Under the pieces are notes generated by a model. It saw nothing but the letters and a program-made list of their open reading frames with translations, searched no databases and was not told the DNA's origin. The position numbers and the translations under genes were made by a program. Below are positions 24,201 to 32,824 of a stretch of 64,000 bases of DNA, in pieces (positions within the stretch are counted from its first letter, which is position 1; every line of letters begins with the position of its first letter). The stretch is taken from positions 1 through 64,000 of the forward strand of contig CBFFRQ010000045.1 of the NCBI GenBank assembly GCA_965644315.1, read 5' to 3'. The DNA comes from Caecitellus pseudoparvulus. Lineage: Eukaryota; Protista; Bigyra: Bicosoecida.

Positions 24201-24552
24201 CCGCCTGAAGCTGCGCACGGCTGGCGCAGAGGCCCAAGCGCCTGCCCCCGCCTCGGCGCCGCCCCCAGCAGCCACTGTGCCGCCGCCACCCGTGGCAGCG
24301 CCCCCCCCCGCTGTGCAGCCGCCAGTGCACCCCACCCCTGCTGCGCCCGTGGCGGGTGCCGCCCCCATGGCAGGCATGGCAGCCATGCTGGGAGGCGGCG
24401 GCTCCGCAGACCAGTCCTGGCTCAACGAGGTGGCGCAGCGCCCCGAGGTGCGCCAGGAGATCAACCGCATCCTGTCCTCGGACGACGGCGACCCCAACGC
24501 CAAGGTCACCGCCATCGCCGACTTGCTGCGGCGGTACCAGCGCGAGACGTGA
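18211..24552 (+). CDS. EP400/Domino/Eaf1-like chromatin protein: HSA + degenerate SWR1-type SNF2 ATPase + SANT (start uncertain)
   Basis: HSA motif KCHWDYVLEEGQWLATDMHQEHRW; LRPYQRVGLQWL...LGDERGLGK; lobe-2 remnants SAKFRLLHQLL...LRLD...ERFN; SANT WAQWEDALLLQVVREFGSNWDLV. Confidence 0.8.
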   Translation: MRTRSLPPTCQLLSSTCLPAASAGVARLAPACRRPRCRVLESAVAEAQARVTPAVGKHDHHPRGADASLPPAAPPMQPPMPPLSMCLHPLLKAAQEVRARVRQKSEAMRALQQLRNSSGMQAVGAALPEPVRRKCHWDYVLEEGQWLATDMHQEHRWHLLALRQVAAAAAAAARRREARLGAKKAKKAAAAASCKPAPLWAFPHLPAPPMTPETPTTAQPWQWQYLPLAGLCREANVVSQVLLGPDKYPHLPPSTQEAPRLPQQVAPLRFPGQEAHAQSAAATSMLRAAMASVAKFVLPPPLRAALRPYQRVGLQWLLAHAARGCGAVLGDERGLGKRAVAVAAIGCMVVGMATPSCLPPCLVPPPPPRVKAKAQHALPVLVLVPDTLVPHWRAEFRRWWPALRVGLTSPPPRSGVDVQLLAVSEAEAALREAGKKAASPWSMVVVDATVGVPTAASTALLHVGSGEETPPEPSPATAHGDGQELPWEALAKLPTCHRLLVTNRLLPTEAPLVHQVAAFVCPRSFAEHSQTPPEAVLEAMAESGVKASAPRVADEGDAPAPATPEAPTEPVDLTGDGAAVRDALLCFFLRRQVQDEAIPPQLPTLWCRTLLLQPTPAQRRVYASLCDVQAVSSDVHAACGLDPDMSPLLRRMALLHAAAQHAAGPSCLAEGASSSLWAALDPTCRPQGRHTPLHGTAQPLATCAAAALVAAHRPSRWLLRQGEGGLGLLQGRRAVDFVDGGAAGQAWGGWGLAAVLAAPWGEPAPDNLAFTSEASGRGRGRSRQSPLPPAEPGSAARAVNVHRLAVGQGGGALRWAAQHSLPLATPLRLTLHRCHTRGVLPLTATASERAVDVAGVLGVLGRGGLWGWSAPATSVEVQVQTWQVQCLPAVPAPLTCGPLAGHTVQWDLLPHAVPTAWVPGKGKAAPPTADTITSPRGTVSPSPSPALRPPSSLATWTAGSAKFRLLHQLLHEAVSLGVRLLAVASSHWMADAAAAFANAAGFPALRLDTAPSPPGVMGAEQVERFNCDARWALAVTTVAPVLGMGPEGAAWSGKAVLGAGAARGDVGNAAPLPYTAGAAVVLDAAPTPACGEALRGLLQRLSAAGVSQVVQLATAGTLEEGSLRLASGGGSAAVTAAARALGWTSEEGDDVPDYPCDPASVGGAHARLPPDAEVQGLLPWQSHVRSKAMHGTSAVWAGTNTSAGGMVPPAVLAGDHPRNVGVGPPSLLHRPAEADTLASSLLSMTRGLPLQALREAQVHALLAGWVLRPAASQPLVDISRVSPGQYEAALATVRRPAAALACTHLPATLSLPALAASMREQVGSIPPPTADKAPLAHLWPAAASLMRTHPAHLPSWQAKVTKRARLAPAHAPSAGKHLWYDVPRVVGGSGALARGPMRWLAGLVEELSRHQDAGLLHTSHVYAPPHPEQRSLYSSVSVLGDSAAAAGLRNLLHQLEQSAMGLYLHPLHVRAEQRFYGPAAAVGAGGGTGAAHSVAALTSGTYTSQSFYAHQVPQRPRPGAGAPPNKYGAGDGALFDRPSHSYGWSSCAATSLRWDEEAPSTLTDKPVAPGCQQPSLLHLRFGGSAGSASLTDVALEIKRLASMRTALPRVTASVQQAGGWMLDGGEEEGGCPPPAKVPRGGVLPPLEATVGGLPTRTPAAVVPRPRKRRLAPPSAVGVDSWADMQLGASPPKVQAVAVRAPPNAAAAGAASRADALVAAPLRKRMVRGSLGIDTRAGGVTPLPASSRSDWAQWEDALLLQVVREFGSNWDLVRGVMAEHPAAVAHGGRAARAPRLLYERHRRLTMGAVAAGRSLAIAKRAKSLSGSLGTAYAQYGGDVSSLGRAQLLWGGKQLGLWPRRPAFALARTVADHGSALATAMREEKQIPSVVSRDATDATRQAHASHEASVAAAALRPEGADAAAPTGIADAFFKAGAASLHGRLRVEPFRESSPYVLQHAEAQRTSGAAGASGAAYAPPAPQAQQTSAGPPVTGTTTSRRLKLRTAGAEAQAPAPASAPPPAATVPPPPVAAPPPAVQPPVHPTPAAPVAGAAPMAGMAAMLGGGGSADQSWLNEVAQRPEVRQEINRILSSDDGDPNAKVTAIADLLRRYQRET

Positions 24553-24628
24553 CGCAGTGCCAGCGCGCTGGGCACGTCCCACCCCCTCACAATGCATTGC
24601 TACCGCAGGCGCTGGCCGTGTGCCACGC

Positions 24629-26370
24629 TCACGCAGACGCCGCCAGGGCAGCCTGCCGCACCGCCTCGGCCAGCGCATCCGCTGCCTCCTGGCTACCTGC
24701 CTCAGCGTACACACGCACGACATTCTCCGTGCCGCTGGGCCGCACAAACGCCCGCGCACTGGGGCCAGCCGCCGCCACCGCCTCGTCGATGGCGGCCTGC
24801 AGCGCTGCCGGCTGCTCCAGCCGCGTCTCGGAGGCGTTGGGCACGAACAGGGAGCGGTCGGGCACCGCCGCCTTGAGCTGGCGCGAGGGCAGGTCGTCGT
24901 ACAGGCCGTCCCACTCCTGCAGTGTCCAGCCCTGCAGCATGAGCACCGCCTCGCAGAACAGGGCGTCTGACACGGCGTCGCCGACGGCCTGGTTGATGAG
25001 GCGTGAGGCGGCCAGCAGGCGCCGCGCCGCAGCGCGAGCTTTGGGCGGCGCTGCTTCGTCCTCCGCCACAGCAGTCAGGCGGGCCAGCACCGCCGGCGTG
25101 AACAGCACCGTCCCATGTCCGTTGGCCTCGAAGTACACGCCGATGTCAAAGGCCGTGGCGGCGTGGTGCACGTACTTCACGCCGGTCTTGGCCAGCACCA
25201 CGGGCAGGCCCAGCGTCTTCGTGATGTACGCGGTGCTGGCTCCGTTGGCGTAGGCAGTCTGCACCACGCCCACGTTCACAGCGTCCTCCTCCGCCTGGCC
25301 CTCCCCCGGCGTGGCGCAGGGCCACCCCAGGTCCTTCAGCTGGCTCTGCAGGAACACACTGGCCAGAACAGCGATGGCGTCGCCGTCCAGCAGCGTCCAC
25401 GTGTCGCCCTTGTAGTAGTGGAACACCACTCGATCAGCGTCGCCATCCAGGGACGCAGCTGGGCCAGGCGTCACGTCCGTGAACCCTCGTGGGGGCAGGC
25501 GCTGCTTCTGTGCGTACTCGGCGCCCGCTGCGTCGTTCAGCAGGGCAGCGTCGCTGCCCTCTGGCGAGTTCACCACCTTCAACTGCACTGGCTGGGGCAG
25601 GAGGGGCGCCAGGGCGCTCACAGTCGTCGCACCCACCCCGTGTGCGCAGTCCACAGCCAGGGCGGGGCGTGGGCCCATGTCCGCCCCCTCCGCCAGCAGG
25701 TCTGTCAGCGCCTGGGCCATGAAGGCGTAGTAGCCCTGCACGCTGGCAGAGGCGTGCAGCGTGGCGTCCGTCGCGTTGGTGGCGCGGACGACATGGTGCA
25801 CGACTGGCGTGGGCACGACGCCGATGTCACGGACTGCCACGCCCACCAGCGCGACACCAGCGACCACCAGGTCCCGCAGAGCAGGACTGGAGGGGCGCGT
25901 GTCGCGCCCCACAACCACGCTGGCGCCACTGCCCTCCTGCACAGCGGCGGCGGGGGCCAGGGCTGCCAGAGCGGCAGCGGCGTCGTCAGGCGACGCGTTG
26001 GCGATGGCGCCGGCATGCACCTCCCACTCTGCAGCCAGCATGCCGCCATCTGCGTCCACCAACTTCATCCCATTGTCCTTCACGGGGTTGTGAGATGCCG
26101 TGATCATCACGCCCACGGCCTGCGAAGTGGCGTGGTGGGCGCATGCTCTGCACCAGTGGCCAGGGCTCCAGGCCGACACACCTTGCCCGTCACCTGCGCC
26201 CGCAGCGCAGCCAACACGCCCATGCGCAGGCAGACGGCATCCAGCAGCCCAGCTTCCATGCGGAACCCTGCCGTGCCGTAGGCGTACTTTGTGCCTGCCG
26301 GGGGAGGGGTCTCCTTGAACGCTGCACTCGCAGAAGCCTGCCAGGCAGGCGCAGCTTGCTCGGCGGCCAT
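24629..26370 (-). CDS. PGM3: Phosphoacetylglucosamine mutase
   Basis: YGTAGFR, MITASHNP, DGDADR, YFEANGHGTV, RPSGTE. Exons 26370-26182 and 26119-24629 (62-nt intron). Confidence 0.95.
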
Positions 26371-26760
26371 GGCAGCCGCTGCCCAGGAGGACGATAGGAG
26401 AGAGAAGCAACGAGAGGAAATATTGGACGATGTTCGGGGCGTGACTGTGCGTTTTGTCTGTTTTGGCGGCTGGGTGGCGGCGGCAGGGGCTCAGCAGGCG
26501 GGGGGACGCGCGGAATTTGACCCAGCCAACAATTCTCACGCCCAAACACACTCGAAAACCGCCCTTTGACGTACACTTTCAAATATTTTCGCCAACCCAA
26601 TAAAAGAAGCGTGTGTTCCGCTTCCGCTTGCCGCCTCGCTTCGTCGCTGCGCCTTGTGCAGCGGACGGGTATGTGGCATGCCCGCAGGCTGCCCTTTCTC
26701 GGCGCAGCGACAGCAACAGCAGCGGCGGCGCGATCTGTGAAGCAACTGCGACTTGCTGCA

Positions 26761-27757
26761 ATGGGGGCTTCGCAGTCCCTGCCCAAGGTGGCCTCCAGCT
26801 CGCTTGCGACGCCCCTGGACGCCGAGCCCCGCCTGCTGCAAGTGTACGTGCCTGGCTTGCGCACAAGCTGCCTGACTGCCACAGCGCACTGCTTCCCTTG
26901 CCCCCGCCACCAGAGACGGTCTGCGTATCGGCATCACTGACTCCATGCCAGATGGGGGCGAGGAAGCCACGATCCTGGCTGTGCACGGCTCCCCCGGCAG
27001 TGTGCGTGACTGGCGGTACCTGGCGGGGGCCCTGGCGGAGCGTGCGCCCACTCTGCGCCTGCTCCGAGTGGACCTGCCAGGATACGCCAGCAGCTCAGAC
27101 GAGACCTTGCATGCTGCGCTGAGCGGCCGGGAAGACTGGGCCCCCCTCCTCCGCGCCATTGCAGCTCAGGTGGGCGTGCAGACCCCCCTGGTGGTGCTGG
27201 GGCACAGCAGTGGTGCGCATGTAGCTCTCAGCTTCGCGGCAGGGGCGGGGGCAGGGGAAGGCCTGCCTGGTGCTGCAGGGCTGGCCCTGGTAAACCCCAT
27301 CGGGCTGAGCCCCCACAAGGGCATCTCGCCCTTCTGGCTGGTCCAAGCCTTGGGCTGGCCGCTCACGTGGACCTGGGCCAAGCAGGCATGGGCGGCAGGC
27401 GTGCTGCACCCCCTGTACACCAGCGTGCTCGGCTTCTCGCCCCGCACGTCAGTGGCGGACGTCAGCTTGAGCCACCGCCGCACGATGCACCTGGACTTTC
27501 CCGCAGCCAACGCCGCTGCAGCGACTGTGGCCGACGAGGGTGTGCCCACCCTGGTGGCATGGACGGCTGACGACAACTTGGTGCAGGAGAGCATCAGCAC
27601 TCGCCTGGCGCGAGCGCTGCCACACGGGCCCAGACTGGCCTTCCCCTCAGGCGGCCACCATGCGCAGAAGTACCACGCTCACGACATTGCTGACGCACTC
27701 GCTGCACTTGTGCGAGACTACATCCTCGCCAGCGACAGCGATGAGGCAGACGGATGA
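26761..27757 (+). CDS. Alpha/beta hydrolase with a possible N-myristoylation motif (MGASQS)
   Basis: VHGSPGS, DLPGY, GHSSG nucleophile elbow, ADD and GGHH. Intron 26844-26913 joins the ATG at 26761 in frame. Confidence 0.85.
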
Positions 27758-27854
27758 GGCCTGCAGGGGGTGCCGTCTGGCCCTGCCTCGTGAGTGGGTG
27801 GTGCATTGGGACAGCGGGTGCGGCCAGGTGCCGCTGGCTGTGTTGACACGCCCA

Positions 27855-29198
27855 TCACACCTTGCCAGCCAGCACGGCGGTCTCGTACGGCGTGAAGGCT
27901 GGGATGCCGGTGATGCAGCGGCCCAGGATCAGCGCATGCACGTCGTGTGTGCCTTCGTACGTGTTCACCGCCTCCAAATTCAACACGTGGCGGATGACGC
28001 CGTACTCGTCCGAGATGCCGTTGCCGCCCAGCATGTCACGTGCCTCCCGAGCAATGGCCAGCGCCTTCCCGCAGTTGTTGCGCTTGACGACGCTGATCAT
28101 CTCGGGGGGTGCGTTGCCCGTCTCGCGCTGGCGGGCCACCTGGATGGCGCCCAGCGTCCCCAGGCTGATGTCTGTCGCCATGTCCGCCAGCTTCTTCTGG
28201 ATGAGCTGGTTGGCGGCCAGCGGCGCGCCGAACTGGTGCCGCTCCATCGTGTACTGCCGCGCAGTGGCGTAGCAGTACTCGGCAGCGCCCAGAGACCCAA
28301 AGGCGATGCCCAGGCGCGCTGAGTTCAGGCACGAGAAAGGCCCGGTGAAGCCCTTGGCCTTGGGCAGCATGGCCGACGCCGGCACCTTGACGTCGTCGCA
28401 GAAAATCATGCCTGTGGGGCTGGCACGCAGGCTGAACTTGCCCTCGATGCGGGGGGCCGTCAACCCGGGCGTGTCCTTGTCCACGACGAACCCTCGCAGG
28501 GTGCCGTCCTCTGTACGTGCCCAAATGACGAACACGTCGGCGATGGGGCTGTTGGTGATCCAGTTCTTGCTGCCGTTCAAGATCCAGTCACCCCCTGGCC
28601 CTTGCTTGGCTGTCGTGAGCATGCCCCCCGGGTCGCTGCCGTGGTTGGGCTCCGTCAACCCGAAGCAGCCCACGAGGTCGCCGCTCGCCAGGCCGGGCAA
28701 GTACCTCTCCTTCTGCTCCTCCGAGCCGAAGGTGTTGATGGGGTGCATCACCAAGCTGGACTGCACGCTCATCGCAGAGCGGTAGGCAGAGTCCACCCGC
28801 TCCACCTCCCGCGCCACCATGCCGTAGCTGACGATGGAAGCGCCGACACACCCGTACCCCTCGATGGTCACGCCGAGCAGCCCCAGGGACCCCATTTCGC
28901 GGAAAATCTCCCTGTCGAACTTCTCGTGGCGGTGCCCCTCCAAAGCACGCGGCAACAGCTTCTCTTGGCAGTATGTGTGGGCCGTTGACTGTGCAGGTTG
29001 GCGCGGGAAGCGTGACACGGGCGAAGCGCGGAAATTGCATGCTCCCACACTCACCTCAATCATTCGCTCTTCCTCTGTCAGCAGGGAGTGCCACTGCAGA
29101 GGGTCATCCCACTGCAGCTGGTTGCTAGACATGCACCGCACACCAGGCACCCCTCGACGGGCAGCTGCTGCTGCTACTGCGCTTGCGCGGGCCAACAT
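27855..29198 (-). CDS. GCDH: Glutaryl-CoA dehydrogenase, mitochondrial
   Basis: [45 protein letters not shown]; Arg/Ala-rich presequence; in-frame 66-nt intron 29054-28989. Confidence 0.96.
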   Translation of the reverse strand: MLARASAVAAAAARRGVPGVRCMSSNQLQWDDPLQWHSLLTEEERMIEVSVGACNFRASPVSRFPRQPAQSTAHTYCQEKLLPRALEGHRHEKFDREIFREMGSLGLLGVTIEGYGCVGASIVSYGMVAREVERVDSAYRSAMSVQSSLVMHPINTFGSEEQKERYLPGLASGDLVGCFGLTEPNHGSDPGGMLTTAKQGPGGDWILNGSKNWITNSPIADVFVIWARTEDGTLRGFVVDKDTPGLTAPRIEGKFSLRASPTGMIFCDDVKVPASAMLPKAKGFTGPFSCLNSARLGIAFGSLGAAEYCYATARQYTMERHQFGAPLAANQLIQKKLADMATDISLGTLGAIQVARQRETGNAPPEMISVVKRNNCGKALAIAREARDMLGGNGISDEYGVIRHVLNLEAVNTYEGTHDVHALILGRCITGIPAFTPYETAVLAGKV

Positions 29199-29388
29199 GC
29201 TGGGCGGGTGCGTCACAGGTGAAGTGAACTGCTACGAATTCGCCCCACGAGACAACCCGGGAGACTGGCAACGCATGCAGTGTACAAATGCAAGGACAGG
29301 GGGTTCAACTAATTCATTGTTCGTGTGGGCAGATTTGACGAGCGAGTACAAGTGGCGGCCGATCCCAAACGCCAAAAGTTGCGCCGCT

Positions 29389-31026
29389 TCACTCAGAAGC
29401 TTGGCTGCGTTGCTTGTTGCGGTTCCTGCGCTGCCGACGGGGCTTGTCAGCACCTGCAACAGACACATCCGACTTGGCTGCTGCTGCCTTGGCGCCGCCC
29501 TTCTGACCAGACCCGCCGCTGGCTGCTGCTGCCTTGGCGCCGCCCTTCTGACCAGACCCGCCGCTGGCTGCTGCTGCCTTGGCGCCGCCCTTCTGACCAG
29601 ACCCGCCGCTGGCTGCTGCCGTCTTGGCGCCGCCCTTCGGACCAGACCCGCCGCTGGCTGCTGCCGCCTTGGCGCCGCCCTTCGGACCAGACCCGCCGCT
29701 GGCTGCTGCCGCCTTGGCGCCGCCCTTCGGACCAGACCCGCCGCTGGCTGCTGCCGCCTTGGCGCCGCCCTTCGGACCAGACCCGCCGCTGCCTGCTTGC
29801 GAAGACCTCTGGCCACGCTGACTTGTGCCAGCAGACTTCCTCTCCTGAGCTGAAGGTGACTGGGCAGGACGGGTGACCTGCAAGTTGCCTCGACGACTGC
29901 CAGCCGTGCTGGCGGGCTGCTTGGACCTGCCCTGGCTGGCAGGCGCCTCAGATCCACCCCTCCGGCCACGGCCATACCGTTGCCGTGGTTGGGGAGCTGC
30001 ATCGCCGTACGCGACATCCACCTTCTGCAGCTCACGGGACAACTCCGACACCTCTTGTGCCAGCTCATCCGCCTGGAAGAGACTCTCCATGTGTGCTTCA
30101 TACAGCATGCATGCGGTGTCCACAGCACCCTTCCGCCCAAGCATGACGATGTCCAGGGGGTCTGACGGGCCGGAGCTGCGCACAGGCGCATCACCAGGCC
30201 TGGGCAGGGGCGCCCCACGGGGAACGATGTCGATCTGCATCACCTGGGACCGAGACTGGATATCACGGATGGTGGAGCCGCCTGCACCCACCACAAACCC
30301 AACCTGGGAGCCCACAATGGGGATGCGCTCCACGACAAAGTTCATGTCTGCCTTGGCAGCCGCCACTGCCCCCGGCGTACCCTTGATGCGCACAGTGCAG
30401 GTGTCCTTGTCGATCACCACACGCTCGATGCCGTCCATGCCCTCCAGGCGGGCAATGTTCGCGCCGCCCTTGCCAATGACCAGGCCGAGAGCCTCCCGAG
30501 GCACCTTGAACTCAGCACGGCGACCCTGGCGCACTTCCTCCTCCACAGACGCCATCTCAGAAACCAGCCGCTCCTTCAAACGGCGCTGCTCGTGCAGGGC
30601 AATCTCTTGCTGCAGGCGGAACTCAAGCAGTGCCCGGCCAGCACGCAGAGTGTCCATGTCCGAGGCTGACACGACGAACTGTGCCTTGCCCTGCCGAAGC
30701 ACCACGCACTCAACGGACTCCACGCCAGCCTTCTCTCGCACGACATCAGCGAAGCTCCGCCCGCTCTCCGACATGCTCCAGTCAAACATCTCACGTGGAA
30801 TGTCCACAGACGCGCTTCGGTGCCCTCGCTGTGCCCTGCCACCACCGCGAGGGGCAGAACTTGCAGCGACTGCCTTCCCTCGCCCCTTACCACCAGCACT
30901 TCTGCTGTCCTTCCCACCTCGGGATGGGGATGGCGCACCCGCGCTGGGGACCTTCTCAGCTGGTGCAGTCTGCTTCTTACCGGACCTGCGTCCGCGTCGG
31001 GGTCCGGGCGAGCCTGAATCTGCCAT
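29389..31026 (-). CDS. FMR1/FXR-like KH-domain RNA-binding protein with a low-complexity repeat tail
   Basis: KH1 LGLVIGKGGANI...IDKDTCT, KH2 VGFVVGAGGSTI, a following helix (YEAHMESL...ELSRELQKV), RG-rich segments. Confidence 0.78.
   Translation of the reverse strand: MADSGSPGPRRGRRSGKKQTAPAEKVPSAGAPSPSRGGKDSRSAGGKGRGKAVAASSAPRGGGRAQRGHRSASVDIPREMFDWSMSESGRSFADVVREKAGVESVECVVLRQGKAQFVVSASDMDTLRAGRALLEFRLQQEIALHEQRRLKERLVSEMASVEEEVRQGRRAEFKVPREALGLVIGKGGANIARLEGMDGIERVVIDKDTCTVRIKGTPGAVAAAKADMNFVVERIPIVGSQVGFVVGAGGSTIRDIQSRSQVMQIDIVPRGAPLPRPGDAPVRSSGPSDPLDIVMLGRKGAVDTACMLYEAHMESLFQADELAQEVSELSRELQKVDVAYGDAAPQPRQRYGRGRRGGSEAPASQGRSKQPASTAGSRRGNLQVTRPAQSPSAQERKSAGTSQRGQRSSQAGSGGSGPKGGAKAAAASGGSGPKGGAKAAAASGGSGPKGGAKAAAASGGSGPKGGAKTAAASGGSGQKGGAKAAAASGGSGQKGGAKAAAASGGSGQKGGAKAAAAKSDVSVAGADKPRRQRRNRNKQRSQASE
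29476..29790. repeat. 45-bp coding tandem repeat, 7 copies (SGGSG[P/Q]KGGAK[A/T]AAA)
   Basis: Unit GGCTGCTGCTGCCTTGGCGCCGCCCTTCTGACCAGACCCGCCGCT, head-to-tail with few substitutions. Confidence 0.95.
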
Positions 31027-31800
31027 GGCACGGGAAGGCGTGGTGACGAGGCGTTTCACACAAATCCGCTGCAGTGCTTTGAAGGCACAGTGCAAGCAGG
31101 CGCTTGCAGAGCAAACTCAGTCGAGGAAAGAAGCACCACGTCGGCAGGCAGTCACATTCGATGTTGCTGGGCGTCTGGAATGGCGACGATGACCGTGGAA
31201 GGATGGAACCGCCGGCGGCACTCTCACAACGTTTCGTTGCATCATTCACGGGACTCATTTATGTCCTGACTTCTAGCTCCAAGCCTGCATTCGCTCCACA
31301 GTACTTTCAGAAAGCCCTCCACGCATTGTCACTACTCCATTGCTGACCAGCTGGTTGCGTTGTGGTTCCCGTAAGTGTCTCACCTCCGGCCAGTCACTCT
31401 TGTTTGCGCCGTTTGGCTGGCTGTGCCTTTCCCCTCTGCTGTGTCGAAACGCCCAGACGTGGCCTGGGATGGCTGCCAGCACAACCCAGCTGGATGTGTT
31501 GGCGAGAAGGTGGCAGTTTGTGTTAGCATGTCTGTGCCTTCAGAGCCATGCTGTGCGGTAGGGTGGAGCAACCACACCTGAGCCGCCACTGGCTCAGCTG
31601 CGGAATTTGCCATCATCCGCAGCCCACTCTGGTGCCCTCTTTGAGGGAGCTACACGGCTCCACGGAGCCCACCCTTCCCATCAAGTGCTTCAGTCTCCCC
31701 CGCATTCCCACTGTGTCTATGCGTGTCTCTTGTGTGCACCTGGCCCCACTGCTGACCTCGCCCTGCATTCGCAGACACACACAGCAGCACCCCGACAGCC

Positions 31801-32508
31801 ATGAAGCTGAACCTGGCCAACCCCGCCACCGGGGCCATGAAGGTCCTGAACATCGATGACGAGAAGGTGCTCGTCAACTTCTACGACAAGCGCATGTCTC
31901 AGACCGTCCCCGGCGACATCCTGGGTGATGAGTTCAAGGGCTACGAGTTCAAGATCACCGGCGGAAACGACAAGCAGGGTTTCCCCATGATGCAGGGCGT
32001 CATGTCCGCCAACCGCGTGCGTCTGCTCATGTCCAAGGGCTTCTGCTACTACCGCCCCCGCCGCACCGGCGAGCGCAAGCGCAAGTCTGTCCGTGGCTGC
32101 ATCGTCGGCCCCGACCTTGCCGTGCTCAACCTGCTGGTGACCCAGACCGGCGAGAGCGAGGTTGTCGGACTCACCGATGAGGCCAGCGCCCAGCCCGCCC
32201 GCCTCGGCCCCAAGCGTGCCAACCACATCCGTCAGCTGTTCAACCTGACCAAGGAGGACGACGTCCGCAAGTACGTCATGTCCCGCGAGGTCAAGCAGAA
32301 GAACGGCAAGACCACCACCAAGCGCCCCAAGATCCAGCGCCTCATCACCCCCAAGACCCTCGCCCGCAAGCGCGCCCGCATGGCCGCCAAGGAGGCACAG
32401 CGCGTCAAGTCCATCAAGGAGGCTGAGGCGTACGAGGCCCTGCGCTCCAAGCGCCTTGCTGAGCGCAAGGAGCGCAAGAGCAGCCGCAAGAGCAGCCGCA
32501 AGGAGTAA
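31801..32508 (+). CDS. RPS6: 40S ribosomal protein S6 (eS6)
   Basis: MKLN...; [16 protein letters not shown]; [11 protein letters not shown]; RLGPKRA; PKIQRL; strong codon bias. Confidence 0.98.
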   Translation: MKLNLANPATGAMKVLNIDDEKVLVNFYDKRMSQTVPGDILGDEFKGYEFKITGGNDKQGFPMMQGVMSANRVRLLMSKGFCYYRPRRTGERKRKSVRGCIVGPDLAVLNLLVTQTGESEVVGLTDEASAQPARLGPKRANHIRQLFNLTKEDDVRKYVMSREVKQKNGKTTTKRPKIQRLITPKTLARKRARMAAKEAQRVKSIKEAEAYEALRSKRLAERKERKSSRKSSRKE

Positions 32509-32760
32509 ATTTGCGTTGCACTCTTCACAGCAATGCATTGATTGGAGGTTCACGTGGCTCCTTCCCAGGCAGGGATGCCGATGAGGTGAGACGCAGGGCG
32601 AGGCCGGTCCAGGACGTGTGGGAGCGCTGTGACTGAGCGTCAGCATTGTAGCCTGGGCAGCTGGGGCATTGAGACAGCGGTGACACAAAACTACTCCCAT
32701 CATCAGTACACAGCGTGCATCAGAATGCAGTTGCTCAGGCGAACCTGTGCAGTGTCGCCC

Positions 32761-32779
32761 GTGCTGCTGTGCAGGCGAG
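32761..32779 (+). promoter_or_regulatory. Conserved upstream motif GTGCTGCTGTGCAGGCGAG shared by all four ankyrin-module genes (other copies: 34606-34624 +, 45512-45530 -, 47246-47264 -)
   Basis: Identical 19-mer ending about 45 nt before each ATG while neighbouring sequence diverges; function is inferred. Confidence 0.5.
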
Positions 32780-32824
32780 TTTGTAGGCGAGTGCAGGAGG
32801 TGCGGAAACTGAATTCCCCACGCC

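Noticed and set aside
18274-25253. Long alternative-frame and antisense ORFs (e.g. 22240-24759, 23067-25253; likewise 52687-54957, 12499-13944)
   Set aside because: Shadow ORFs expected from very high GC and codon bias over real genes; low-complexity products.
29476-29790. CRISPR-like array
   Set aside because: Head-to-tail units with no unique spacers, in frame within a eukaryotic CDS.
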